From contig CAVZPM010000001.1 of assembly GCA_963777155.1 (NCBI GenBank), forward strand, positions 64,001 through 128,000: a stretch of DNA of 64,000 nucleotides, given 5' to 3'. The position numbers were made by a program, and so were the translations under genes. This document shows, piece by piece, positions 8,277 to 17,644 of the stretch. The DNA comes from Candidatus Bathyarchaeota archaeon (GTDB lineage Archaea; Thermoproteota; Bathyarchaeia; Bathyarchaeales; Bathycorpusculaceae). The notes under the pieces were generated by a model that was given only the letters and a program-made list of their open reading frames with translations, was not told where the DNA came from and searched no databases. Positions within the stretch are counted from its first letter, which is position 1, and each line of letters opens with the position of its first letter.

Positions 8277-8304
8277 ATATGCAATTCAACTTAGGCAGAT
8301 TCCA
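8272..8304 (+). repeat. Cassette-array repeat, left-half-only copy D (array end)
   Basis: CTAAATATGCAATTCAACTTAGGCAGATTCCA; 24/32 ungapped identity to the left half of copy A. Confidence 0.65.
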
Positions 8305-8618
8305 CATATCCATCCTATAAACAAAGGAGATTGCCTGAAGGTATGATGCTTTCCAATACCCAAGTTTCTTCAGCCCCCTTTCTTATGAGGACAAAAAACT
8401 TATCCAAAGAAGTTATCCTAAAAACTGAAGACTTGTGGGTTCTAACCATATCCCATTTGAAGTTTTCTACCTTCAGCATACTGGCGAACATGGTTTTGTT
8501 CAAAATAAATTTCAAGACCGTCCTCTTAAGCTAAGGTTCAGGATCAACATTGCTCAGAGGATAGTAGTTAAATGATTTTTTCATTTGAGAATAAATAAAG
8601 GCTTTTTTAAAAAAAGCC

Positions 8619-9077
8619 TTAAGGGAAGCCTGTTATCAGGTCATACAAGTAGGCGTCCCATTCGGTTGATTCTTTATTAAGAATCTCTAAAACTTCTTTT
8701 AGAACCCTGTGATGTTTCTTCTCATCTTCCAATATATTAAGAATAAGTTGTTTAATCTTCTTGTCCTTTACAACTTCACTAATGTCTTTTGTTTGCTTTA
8801 GCATTTGGGCTTCTTCTTTAATGTGGACTGCAAGTTCTTTTTGTCCAATATCTTTACTTTCGGTGCCAATTAGTGCACTTGAGTTCAGGTCTATGAGCAT
8901 TTGATAAGTATCTGAGTGTTTCTTGGTGTCAAGAATTAGACTATGTATAAACAGTTTTATGATTGGGTTTTTTGATGATTCATACAATGGGGTTAGTTTT
9001 TTAGCGGTTTGGTCTTCAAACTCTTTTTGTTTCTTGATTTTTAAAAGTGCGTCTTCTTCCAATATTTTCCAGGACAA
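8619..9077 (-). CDS. Ferritin-like (rubrerythrin-fold) four-helix protein
   Basis: Repeated E...DTKKH and E...DEKKHH diiron-type motifs; paralog of 46310..46795. Confidence 0.75.
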   Translation of the reverse strand: MSWKILEEDALLKIKKQKEFEDQTAKKLTPLYESSKNPIIKLFIHSLILDTKKHSDTYQMLIDLNSSALIGTESKDIGQKELAVHIKEEAQMLKQTKDISEVVKDKKIKQLILNILEDEKKHHRVLKEVLEILNKESTEWDAYLYDLITGFP

Positions 9078-9515
9078 AGAGATTCCTCATGAATGTTCAA
9101 GAACAATTTACTATTTAACTTTTTTAATAACCTCAATTCCCAATTTGGGCAAGAAGATTGTTAATTAGTATTTGTTGTCTTTTTATTTGCTCTGCAGATC
9201 TTATGTCTTAGCACCTTCGTATGGTACTTTTTCATAATTGTACTTGGCTAAATATTGTATGGCATTTTTGCTGTGTGAAAATGGGGTAAAGTAATGCTTG
9301 CACCCAGATAGGAGAAAAGTGAAGGTGGAGATAGATGCAAGCATCACACCATTTTTTCCCTAAACAATAACCAAACGCTTTCTCCACTTAACATTTTTTG
9401 AGAAGACAACTTCACTGTTTTGCAAAGAAGAAAGGGAAAAAGTTAGAGGAAAATTTTCTTTAGTTGCCTTATATAGAAATCAGATCTTACGCCTCAATCT
9501 CGTCTTGGAAACTCG

Positions 9516-9905
9516 TTAGTGGTTTGAGTTAAACAAGGGACTGGAGATTATCATGTCTGCTGTGGCTCTATTGCAGGCAGTCGGAATATTATACAAGACT
9601 GCCAATCTAAGAACTGCTTTAACATCAACGTCGTGAGGCTGAGACTCCAATGGGTCCCAAAAGAATATCAATATATCTAGTTTCTCATTGGCAATCATAG
9701 CTCCCAGCTCCATGTCTCCACCAAAAGGTCCGCTCTTTAACAGGTTTATCTTCAAATTTGTATTCTCAATTATCTTCTTGCCTGTTGTTCCTGTTGCGTA
9801 AAGGCAATAGTGGGATAGAGTTCCTTTGTTGAAATCACACCACTCAACCAAATCCTTTTTCTTGTTATCATGAGCTACAAGCGCAATGGTTTTCATAATT
9901 TTCAA
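9516..9905 (-). CDS. mgsA: Methylglyoxal synthase
   Basis: IALVAHDNKK, ATGTTG, SGPFGGD, FFWDPL..QPHDVDVKA. Confidence 0.95.
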   Translation of the reverse strand: MKIMKTIALVAHDNKKKDLVEWCDFNKGTLSHYCLYATGTTGKKIIENTNLKINLLKSGPFGGDMELGAMIANEKLDILIFFWDPLESQPHDVDVKAVLRLAVLYNIPTACNRATADMIISSPLFNSNH

Positions 9906-10241
9906 TTCCAGTGTGTTTTAAACCAACACAAATCTTAATGACGCGTCGAATAAAAACATGTATTGAATTTGTTTTCAAGGTTATTCCAAGAACTGAAAAT
10001 ATGCCTTAAAATTCTCTGAACACTTGAGTTCACTAAATTATTTGGAGCTAGAAAAGCATTGAATACAGTTAAGACATGGTTGAGAATGATTAGAATTAGT
10101 GCTGTTTTCTTAGTTACTTCTTACCTTTGCTACCTTTTCTTTGTTCACTGAATCAAGCGATTTCCCGGAATTACCTATCTCATGATGCAAAAACTTAAAA
10201 CTCATAATATATAGCATATTGAGTAAGGGAATCAAAAAGAA

Positions 10242-10418
10242 ATGATGAAGCAAATAGTCACCATAAGTTATTTTGTTTTGGCCGTTCTATTAGCCGCAAT
10301 TGCATTTAGAGGCTTTATGAGTGACCTTCTTGTTGCATTGACAATAGGGGTTATCGTTTTCATAGTTGTTATAATTGTTGGTTATTACTTTACTAAAAAA
10401 TTATTAGATTCAGATTAG
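10242..10418 (+). CDS. Small two-TM membrane protein (58 aa, below ORF-track cutoff)
   Basis: MMKQIVTISYFVLAVLLAAIAFRGFMSDLLVALTIGVIVFIVVIIVGYYFTKKLLDSD; TATA-like sequence upstream. Confidence 0.5.
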   Translation: MMKQIVTISYFVLAVLLAAIAFRGFMSDLLVALTIGVIVFIVVIIVGYYFTKKLLDSD

Positions 10419-10535
10419 TTCCTATAACCTTTAATTTGCACTAACTTGAAAAATTATCCGTGAGTTTCTTGTTTATAAGATGGAAGAGTATATCTTGCTG
10501 AAGGTTTACGCTTATTGAATAGTTAGGTTAGAAAG

Positions 10536-10817
10536 ATGAGTTCAGGAAAAGAGAGAAAAAAAATTCCCGGTAGCAGAATGAAAATCCTAACTAAAGACGC
10601 CAAACAGATGGTAAACGGGCCATATTATTGTCCAAAATGCAGAAAGGAACTGCTTCAGATTTGTGCTGACCTAAAAAAGAAAGAGGTTTATGCAATCTGC
10701 AAATGTGGACTTGAGTGGCCTCTGACTTATGCGCCTGTTTTTCAACCTATCGATTACTACAACAAATTCCGTGATGCATGGAAAAAACAGAGTTACGGTA
10801 TAATCAAGCAAAAATAA
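10536..10817 (+). CDS. Elf1-like zinc-ribbon protein (transcription elongation factor Elf1 family)
   Basis: Basic N-terminus, CPKC...CKCG, and QPIDYYNKFRD resembling the Elf1 EPIDVYSDWID motif. Confidence 0.6.
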   Translation: MSSGKERKKIPGSRMKILTKDAKQMVNGPYYCPKCRKELLQICADLKKKEVYAICKCGLEWPLTYAPVFQPIDYYNKFRDAWKKQSYGIIKQK

Positions 10818-11412
10818 ACCCGTCACTTCAACTTTCCCATTCTGATTGGACAAAACAAATTATCTATACGCATGAACTTATCCGTTTTACCAAATGGAGA
10901 AAACGCTTTGATGAGGAGAAACTTGACTTTAGTCGTAGACTACTGATTTGGGGAACCCTTGCGCTTCTCGGATGGGTTTTTTAGCATTCTTTACTTGTGT
11001 TGTTCTACACTTTCCTTTATAGTTGGTTTTATCTGGTTTTCTTAGCCTTCGAAATCTGCGTTATCCTGCGGGGGGCTTGGCTGCAACAGTTGTTATCAAT
11101 GCAAAGGTGCACGAGTGGTTTTGGCAGGTTGGCAGGGGTATTTTTCGGGAGAGAATATGTGAAAAAGGAAAGTGTGAGTAACAGGATTGGATTGGTCCTT
11201 TGTCTATGTGTTGCTATTTGTGCTTCCAACTGTGTTGATGCCTGTTTCACTTGTAACCTCGGTTTCTTACATCAAAGTGTTGGGTTTTACTTGTCTTTTC
11301 GCTATAACGGTTTATAGCTTAGCCAATTGGTCTAAGTGTTCAACAGTAACCAAGAAATCCTGATTTGGGACAAGTTTTAAACCATAGACTGCAAATTATT
11401 TCCAACATCAAA

Positions 11413-12552
11413 ATGGTTAAGTTGGGTAGACTTTTGCTGAAACAAAAACCATATGGACTAACAGTTATCGTAATTTTAATGCTATTAGTGTCTGCCTCTG
11501 TAACTTTTCCTCTTAAAACGTCTGCGCAGACCAATAGTTATTATGATAAATCGTTCGCCTGGGATTATAAGGGTCAACATTGGACATGGAACCTTAGCAT
11601 TCCAATAGACCTATACAACGCCTACAAATCGGTTCCCATTTCCACTCGAACAAGAGATGGACCAGCAGGTTACGGTTTCTGCACAACAACCAAAGATTCC
11701 TATGTGTTAAGTTTAGCTAAAGAGTTGAATGACACTGCAAACGAACTTGGATACAATTCTTTCGATACAATTAGTTTTGCATTGTCTTTTGTCCAAAGTT
11801 TACCCTATACATCTGATTCAGTGACGACAGGGCATGATGAATACCCACGGTTCCCCATTGAGACTTTGGTGGACGACGGCGGGGACTGCGAGGACACATC
11901 CATACTATTTGCGACTTTAACTCTTATTATGGGCTATGGCACAGTGTACATTAATCCTCCAGACCATTATGCCGTAGGCATCTTGGGAAACAACCTTCAT
12001 GGCACCTACTGGACCTACCCCGAAGGCTCCAACAAAACATACTATTACTGCGAAACCACTGGGGATGGTTTTATGATTGGGCAGTTGCCAGATGAATTCC
12101 AGGGAAAAAGCGCCTACATCTACCCAATTGATGAAACCAGACAGTATATAACCACTGTAACGGTCCTTCCTCCAATTACGCCAAGCCCAACAGATTCGCC
12201 TGTTACTACTCTGCCGAACCAGACAACTCAACCAACCCCCAACGATTCGACGTCTCCTTCAATCCCGGGACCAAGTGTTGAGCCAGTTCTGCCGTTATCT
12301 TTCAACTTAATCTCAGACAACCCGCTGTTATTTATTCTAATAATGTTTGCAATCGTTATTTCGATTGGAATCGCGGTCTGGTCGGTGAGAAAACCAAAGC
12401 TGTTGCCGGTGGAAGCTCCTTTGGTTATTGAACCGAGCAATCCGCCAGTAGCATCCGCTGAATTGGGGAATAACAAGTTCTGTATCTATTGCGGTTCAAA
12501 CAACAAAACATATGCTGCATTCTGCGAGAAATGCGGAAAACAAATAGGCTAA
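11413..12552 (+). CDS. Secreted transglutaminase-like (Cys-His) protein with P/T linker, C-terminal TM and zinc ribbon
   Basis: Signal-like N-terminus; FVQSLPY, PIETL..GGDCED, HYAVG, YYCETT; terminal CIYCG...CEKCG. Confidence 0.8.
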   Translation: MVKLGRLLLKQKPYGLTVIVILMLLVSASVTFPLKTSAQTNSYYDKSFAWDYKGQHWTWNLSIPIDLYNAYKSVPISTRTRDGPAGYGFCTTTKDSYVLSLAKELNDTANELGYNSFDTISFALSFVQSLPYTSDSVTTGHDEYPRFPIETLVDDGGDCEDTSILFATLTLIMGYGTVYINPPDHYAVGILGNNLHGTYWTYPEGSNKTYYYCETTGDGFMIGQLPDEFQGKSAYIYPIDETRQYITTVTVLPPITPSPTDSPVTTLPNQTTQPTPNDSTSPSIPGPSVEPVLPLSFNLISDNPLLFILIMFAIVISIGIAVWSVRKPKLLPVEAPLVIEPSNPPVASAELGNNKFCIYCGSNNKTYAAFCEKCGKQIG

Positions 12553-12556
12553 CTCT

Positions 12557-13084
12557 TTAGCCTAATTGATTCAAAACATCTCTTGTGAACATATCTATCT
12601 TATAATGCACATAAATTACAATAGCAGCTTCAAGAAATATTATAGCCGAAAGGAAAACTGCAAGAGCCCACGTTAAACTTATGAATGCTTGAGCAACAGC
12701 TGAATCCACGTTACTGCCAACCATTACTAGCCAGCTCCAAAAACTGGACTGATGTGTAGCTAACACCGTATTTAGGTCGGTAGCCATCCACACACATAGA
12801 CCCACAAGGATAAAGGCGAATGCACAACCGACTAAAGTTATATTTTTCCAGTCAGGAGCGAGCCGCGAAGAACAACGCACCATTGCTCCATCATTATTTG
12901 GTTGCAAATTTATTTTAACAATTTTTTTTGCTGTCTTGGGTGTTACTCCCCAAAGCGAACCCTGCCTGAGACAGATTTGCTTGGGCGGCTCCTCAGATAG
13001 CACTCTGTAACCCTTCTCAACCAGGGTAGCTTTCAATTTTGGAAACGCTTCTTCAATTTTCAAATTGACCGTTCGCTCAAGCAA
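12557..13084 (-). CDS. Hypothetical membrane protein
   Basis: 175 aa ORF with two C-terminal TM segments, co-oriented with the rtcB operon. Confidence 0.7.
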   Translation of the reverse strand: MLERTVNLKIEEAFPKLKATLVEKGYRVLSEEPPKQICLRQGSLWGVTPKTAKKIVKINLQPNNDGAMVRCSSRLAPDWKNITLVGCAFAFILVGLCVWMATDLNTVLATHQSSFWSWLVMVGSNVDSAVAQAFISLTWALAVFLSAIIFLEAAIVIYVHYKIDMFTRDVLNQLG

Positions 13085-13116
13085 AAGAACACCGCAATTC
13101 CATAAGCAAACGGTTG

Positions 13117-13776
13117 CTATTTTGGCTTTTCATCGTTTTTGTAGAGTCGCTTCTGATATTGAGTCGACTTAAACTTAAGACCCCTGACAGGTTGGCGTGG
13201 TAGGGTTCGTTGTCGTTCAAGGTTCTTGATTCTTGCGTAGAGTTTTGATACTTTGGTTTTTGATGGAATCTTTGACTTAGGTCTATGGACCGGTACTGGC
13301 GTGAAGGGTTGGGTTATTTCAAGTTTTTTCTGCTTCGATTTTTTGAATGCGACATTACGCACTTTCTTGAATACAACATAGCCCTCTTTGAGGTTAACCT
13401 CCTGTACATCCCAGCCTGCATCTAGCCAAGCCTTCGCGTGAATACTTGAGGATGTGTTGCTCCACCAGGAAACATCTCGGTACGCGGCCATAGGAAGGTT
13501 ACTGCCGATTAACCCATCAATACGCGCGAATGTAAGCTTAACAGTATTAGTGAATGCAGATCTAAACTTTAAGTGACCCTCAAGTCCAGCCCACTTCGAG
13601 ACTATCCTTGGCGAAACTATTCGTCTAGCGCAATGAAGACAAAGCATTGCGTTTGTATCGCCAGTTGCAACGTCAGGCGTCATGCAATCTCGGCAGAACA
13701 GTTTTTTGCAGCGTTGACACTGCCGCATGTACGTTGTGCGCATAACTCTGCCGCATATTCCACATTCATCCTTCAT
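13117..13776 (-). CDS. Zinc-finger hypothetical protein with basic C-terminus
   Basis: Four CxxC pairs, then LTFARIDGLIGSNLP..A....WWSN...HAKAWLDAGW domain. Confidence 0.75.
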   Translation of the reverse strand: MKDECGICGRVMRTTYMRQCQRCKKLFCRDCMTPDVATGDTNAMLCLHCARRIVSPRIVSKWAGLEGHLKFRSAFTNTVKLTFARIDGLIGSNLPMAAYRDVSWWSNTSSSIHAKAWLDAGWDVQEVNLKEGYVVFKKVRNVAFKKSKQKKLEITQPFTPVPVHRPKSKIPSKTKVSKLYARIKNLERQRTLPRQPVRGLKFKSTQYQKRLYKNDEKPK

Positions 13777-13917
13777 AACGTCTAACCCTCAAGTGAGAGC
13801 GAAAATCATTATACTAACTGTTTTTTAGGGATATTAATTTTCATTGGGTTAAACGCGTTTTGCGGTCAGAGTAGATATTTTGTGAAAAATGCCTCTTCCG
13901 ACAGCCCGAAAAGGCGT

Positions 13918-15396
13918 TTAGCCTTTTACGACTGCCAGCGGGACCAGCCTTGCAACTTTGGTGGCAATTCCCACTTTGTCGCTGACGTCCGCCACGATGT
14001 CAACGTTCTTGTATGCTGGGTCAGCTTCTTCAGCCAACACCGAAGCACTTGCCGCGCGAACCACAATGCCCCGTTTCTCTAAACCCGTCTTTATGTCGCC
14101 GCCCCAATACTGTCGCTTTGCTGCTGAACGACTCATCATTCTGCCTGCACCATGCGCTGTAGACCCAAATGTCAGATCCATAGCTTTCTGAGAACCAACC
14201 AAAATCCAGGAACTTGTGCCCATGCTGCCTGGAATAAGCACAGGTTGCCCTTCGCTGCGATAATCATCTGGAACGTCGGCGTGACCAGCTGGGAAAGCCC
14301 GTGTTGCACCTTTACGGTGAACCCAAACTTTCTTTTGGACGCCGTCGATGTTGTGGGTTTCAACCTTTGCGATATTATGAGCAACATCGTAAACGAGTTT
14401 TAAGCCGAATTTCTCTGCATTTTGCCCATAAACTTGCTGGAAACTTTGTCGAACCCAGTGCATAATCGCCTGGCGATTTGCGAATGCATAGTTGACGGCG
14501 CACGCCATCGCCTCGATATAGTCGCGTGCTTCAGGGCTGTTTCCGGGAGCACAGGCTAATTCGCGGTCAGGCAGGGCTATTTTGTATTTCTGAACTGCAT
14601 GCTCCATGACTCTTAGATAGTCTGAGCAGACTTGGTGGCCATATCCTCTAGATCCACAGTGGATCATAACGGTAACTTGACCTTCACCCGTAATTCCGAA
14701 GGCTTTTGCTGTTTTTTGGTTGAAGATTTTGTCAACTTTCTGGATTTCTAGGAAGTGATTGCCTGAACCCAGAGTGCCGATTTGGGTTAAGCCGCGGTTT
14801 TTAGCAGTGTTTGAAACCTTGTCGGGGTTGGCGTTTTTCATGTGTCCATTTTCTTCGCAGTGCTCTGCGTCTCCTTCCCAGCCTAATCCTCGGTCGATAA
14901 GCCACTGTACACCTTCAGCTGCTAATGTTTCTAAGTCTCGTGGGGATATGGTGAAGTCTTTTCTGCGGCTACCCAGCCCTGAAGGGACGTTGCGGAAAAT
15001 TGTTTCTGCTAAGAGTGCTAGCTTTGGACGTACATCTTTTTCCGTGAGTGTTGTTGATAGCAGGCGTACTCCGCAGTTAATGTCGTAGCCGACTCCGCCT
15101 GGACTAATTACTCCGTTTTCGTAGTCTGTTGCTGCCACGCCACCTATGGGAAAACCGTATCCCTCATGACCGTCAGGAAGCGTAATTGCATGCTTGTAGA
15201 TGCCTGGCAACTGCGCTACGTTTGAGCATTGCCAAAGTGTGCGGTCAGTCTGCATCTTCTCAAGTAGCACTTGGTTAGCAAAAATCATGCCTGGAACCTT
15301 CATCTCAGGCTTGTACTTGGGAATCTGCCACATGTAATCGTTAACTTTCTCTAACGGAATCCGCTCAGGAGCGGCTCTGCTTTCACTTTCACCCAA
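13918..15396 (-). CDS. rtcB: RNA-splicing ligase RtcB
   Basis: PDGHEGYGFPIGG, VGYDINCG, GTLGSGNHF, HCGSRG, DVAHN, HRKGAT, HGAGR. Confidence 0.97.
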   Translation of the reverse strand: MGESESRAAPERIPLEKVNDYMWQIPKYKPEMKVPGMIFANQVLLEKMQTDRTLWQCSNVAQLPGIYKHAITLPDGHEGYGFPIGGVAATDYENGVISPGGVGYDINCGVRLLSTTLTEKDVRPKLALLAETIFRNVPSGLGSRRKDFTISPRDLETLAAEGVQWLIDRGLGWEGDAEHCEENGHMKNANPDKVSNTAKNRGLTQIGTLGSGNHFLEIQKVDKIFNQKTAKAFGITGEGQVTVMIHCGSRGYGHQVCSDYLRVMEHAVQKYKIALPDRELACAPGNSPEARDYIEAMACAVNYAFANRQAIMHWVRQSFQQVYGQNAEKFGLKLVYDVAHNIAKVETHNIDGVQKKVWVHRKGATRAFPAGHADVPDDYRSEGQPVLIPGSMGTSSWILVGSQKAMDLTFGSTAHGAGRMMSRSAAKRQYWGGDIKTGLEKRGIVVRAASASVLAEEADPAYKNVDIVADVSDKVGIATKVARLVPLAVVKG

Positions 15397-15442
15397 AACT
15401 CTTCACCGTTGGAACAAAAAGTTTAGCGAGGTTATAAAACAT

Positions 15443-16363
15443 TTATGATTTAGTTATCGCAAGTTTTTGTTTGCTGTAATCAATGAATCCTCGAACACAG
15501 TTTTCCAGCATCGTTTTTGAATAAATCCTATGAGCTTTCACATATCCAATTATCTGATTCATTACTTTGTCCTCTTGAACTATTCTGTTACGAATTTCCT
15601 CTAGACTCTGATTCTTCTTAACACCATCCTCCGCTATGTCTGCCCAAAGCTGCAGCTGAACCTTATAGTCTTTGAGGCGATTTACCGCATCAGTGGCTTT
15701 TCCGAAATGACTAAAGTAAAGAACTGTTGGGTTTAAGCTGATTAGTTTATCCAAAGAAGCCAATGCGGCGTCAAGATGGAAAGGCGGAGGCGTAGTGGGC
15801 ACAATGACATCGAATAATGGAAGGTAGGTGCCGGCGGCGTCTCCTGGAAAAACTCCTCCGTTAAACGATTCTTGGAAACCCAAATTATGGGAAGCGTGAC
15901 CAAGCGTTTCTATGACAGTCAATTTGCCGCCGTATCCCAAATCGAAAGTGCCCTCTGTTATCGGGATTAGCCGTTCTATCGGGACAGGTTCAGGTTTGCC
16001 GAAAATATCGCTTATGAACCCGAGGACTGACTGGGAAGAGGGCCAGAGGCGTTCTGGGTCCACAATATGTGTTGCCCCACGTGGGTGAACGATAAGTTTG
16101 GCGTTTGGTAGTGACTTTAGAAGTGTCCCTGCACCGCCTCCATGGTCAAGATGGACATGGGTGACAGCTACATACTGGATGTCATCAAAGTTGATGTTTA
16201 GTTCCTTTAAGCCAGAGAGCAGATTTGGAACCGAAGATGTTGGTCCAGACTCGACCAGAAAGGGTTTTTCGCCAGTAATGATATAGCTACAGATTAAATG
16301 TTCAAAGCCGCCGGTCTTCAACTCCACCATATACAGGTTTTTTCCAACTTGTTTAGTATGCAA
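15443..16363 (-). CDS. MBL-fold metallo-hydrolase
   Basis: THVHLDHGGG, GHASH, GDAAG, SHFG. Confidence 0.9.
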   Translation of the reverse strand: MHTKQVGKNLYMVELKTGGFEHLICSYIITGEKPFLVESGPTSSVPNLLSGLKELNINFDDIQYVAVTHVHLDHGGGAGTLLKSLPNAKLIVHPRGATHIVDPERLWPSSQSVLGFISDIFGKPEPVPIERLIPITEGTFDLGYGGKLTVIETLGHASHNLGFQESFNGGVFPGDAAGTYLPLFDVIVPTTPPPFHLDAALASLDKLISLNPTVLYFSHFGKATDAVNRLKDYKVQLQLWADIAEDGVKKNQSLEEIRNRIVQEDKVMNQIIGYVKAHRIYSKTMLENCVRGFIDYSKQKLAITKS

Positions 16364-16479
16364 CCGTTACACCTTTGTGTAGTTGTTTAGTGTCTTGTAA
16401 TAATCATAAATATTACCCAACAATAAAACTTAATTATGTATCTCTAATGTAAGAAAGAGACTAAACAGGAGAAAATAAC

Positions 16480-17136
16480 ATGTTGAAAGCCATTATCTTC
16501 GGAGCGCCAGGTGCAGGTAAAGGAACCTATGCTTCACGTCTTCAAACCAAACTAGGTGTTGACGTTATTTCAATGGGAGATATTTTCCGCGAACTCATTA
16601 AAGAAAAGTCGGAACTCAGCAGTAAAGTTAAAAGTTACATGGAAAAAGGAGCTCTGGTACCAGACGACGTTGTCGTTGAAGTGTTAAAGGCTCACTTGGC
16701 TAAGATCTCTAAAGGAAAAGGTTTCATACTCGACGGGTACCCACGCACACTTGACCAAGCCAAAAAACTTGACGGCATAACAAAAATCGACGTCATCATG
16801 CAGCTAAACGTCCCCGACTGGATAATCATTGAACGCTTATCCACACGAAGAATCTGCAAAAACTGTGGCACAGTCTACAACGTAAAATTCCTAAAGCCCA
16901 AAGTTGAAGGCGTATGTGACAAATGCGGTGGACCCTTATACCAGCGTTCAGACGACAACCCAGAAACCATTAAGAACCGACTCAAAGTCTACCAAGACCA
17001 AACAACTCCACTGATTGCATTCTATAAAGAGATGAAGGTTCCATTTATAGAGCTTGAAACAAAAACCTTGGATCAGCCGCCTGAACCCATGGTTGAAAAA
17101 CTGTTCACGGAACTGAAGAAGTTAAAATTCGTTTAG
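16480..17136 (+). CDS. adk: Adenylate kinase, bacterial/eukaryal long type with zinc lid
   Basis: GAPGAGKGT, GFILDGYPR, CKNC...CDKC, RSDD. Confidence 0.93.
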   Translation: MLKAIIFGAPGAGKGTYASRLQTKLGVDVISMGDIFRELIKEKSELSSKVKSYMEKGALVPDDVVVEVLKAHLAKISKGKGFILDGYPRTLDQAKKLDGITKIDVIMQLNVPDWIIIERLSTRRICKNCGTVYNVKFLKPKVEGVCDKCGGPLYQRSDDNPETIKNRLKVYQDQTTPLIAFYKEMKVPFIELETKTLDQPPEPMVEKLFTELKKLKFV

Positions 17137-17582
17137 ATGTCAAGGATAAACTCCAAAATCACCCGGTCCACCTCACGGATAACCACCATGCGATGGTAGG
17201 TTACTGCTTTAACAGCGACCTTCTGCGGGTGCTTTTCGGGGTTAAATTTTTCTCCCCAAATTTTTGCTTTGAATTTAAAGCTCTCAGCTGTCTCTTTCCA
17301 ATCGGTAATTTGGAATTTTGAGTACAACATGTTTTCTGTTTCAAATTTGACCAAAAGCGCCTCAAGCCAGTTATAGAGGAGCGCGTATTGGTCTTCAGCT
17401 TCTACTTCAACAGTATCTGCTTGGGACTGGGCGATTTTGGTTGAGTCGGTCATGGTTTCAAACATGGAAAGCGCCGCATTTTCATAGGCTTCTTCCATTG
17501 TTTTTCCGTGTGCCTGAACATAGACGTCTGCTGTGTGCTCTAGAAACTCGAATTTTCCAACGAATTTGTCAGGTTTACTCAT
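17133..17582 (-). CDS. Archease
   Basis: EFLEHTADV, VKAVTYH, C-terminal LDI. Confidence 0.95.
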   Translation of the reverse strand: MSKPDKFVGKFEFLEHTADVYVQAHGKTMEEAYENAALSMFETMTDSTKIAQSQADTVEVEAEDQYALLYNWLEALLVKFETENMLYSKFQITDWKETAESFKFKAKIWGEKFNPEKHPQKVAVKAVTYHRMVVIREVDRVILEFILDI

Positions 17583-17644
17583 GCCCTAAGACCAACTCTA
17601 GATTAGAAGGAAAGGAGAATAAAAAACAATTGCTAAGAAAGATG

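Noticed and set aside
6342-8304. CRISPR interpretation of the repeats
   Set aside because: The repeats are ~60 bp and degenerate, separated by 350-500 bp gene-containing units, and no cas genes are present.
8305-8560. Possible int(C) remnant or gene in ORFs 8315..8515 and 8331..8534
   Set aside because: I translated all six frames by hand and found no tyrosine-recombinase motifs or recognisable family.
10778-11534. Short overlapping ORFs on both strands
   Set aside because: No motifs or convincing RBS; probably spurious or decayed.
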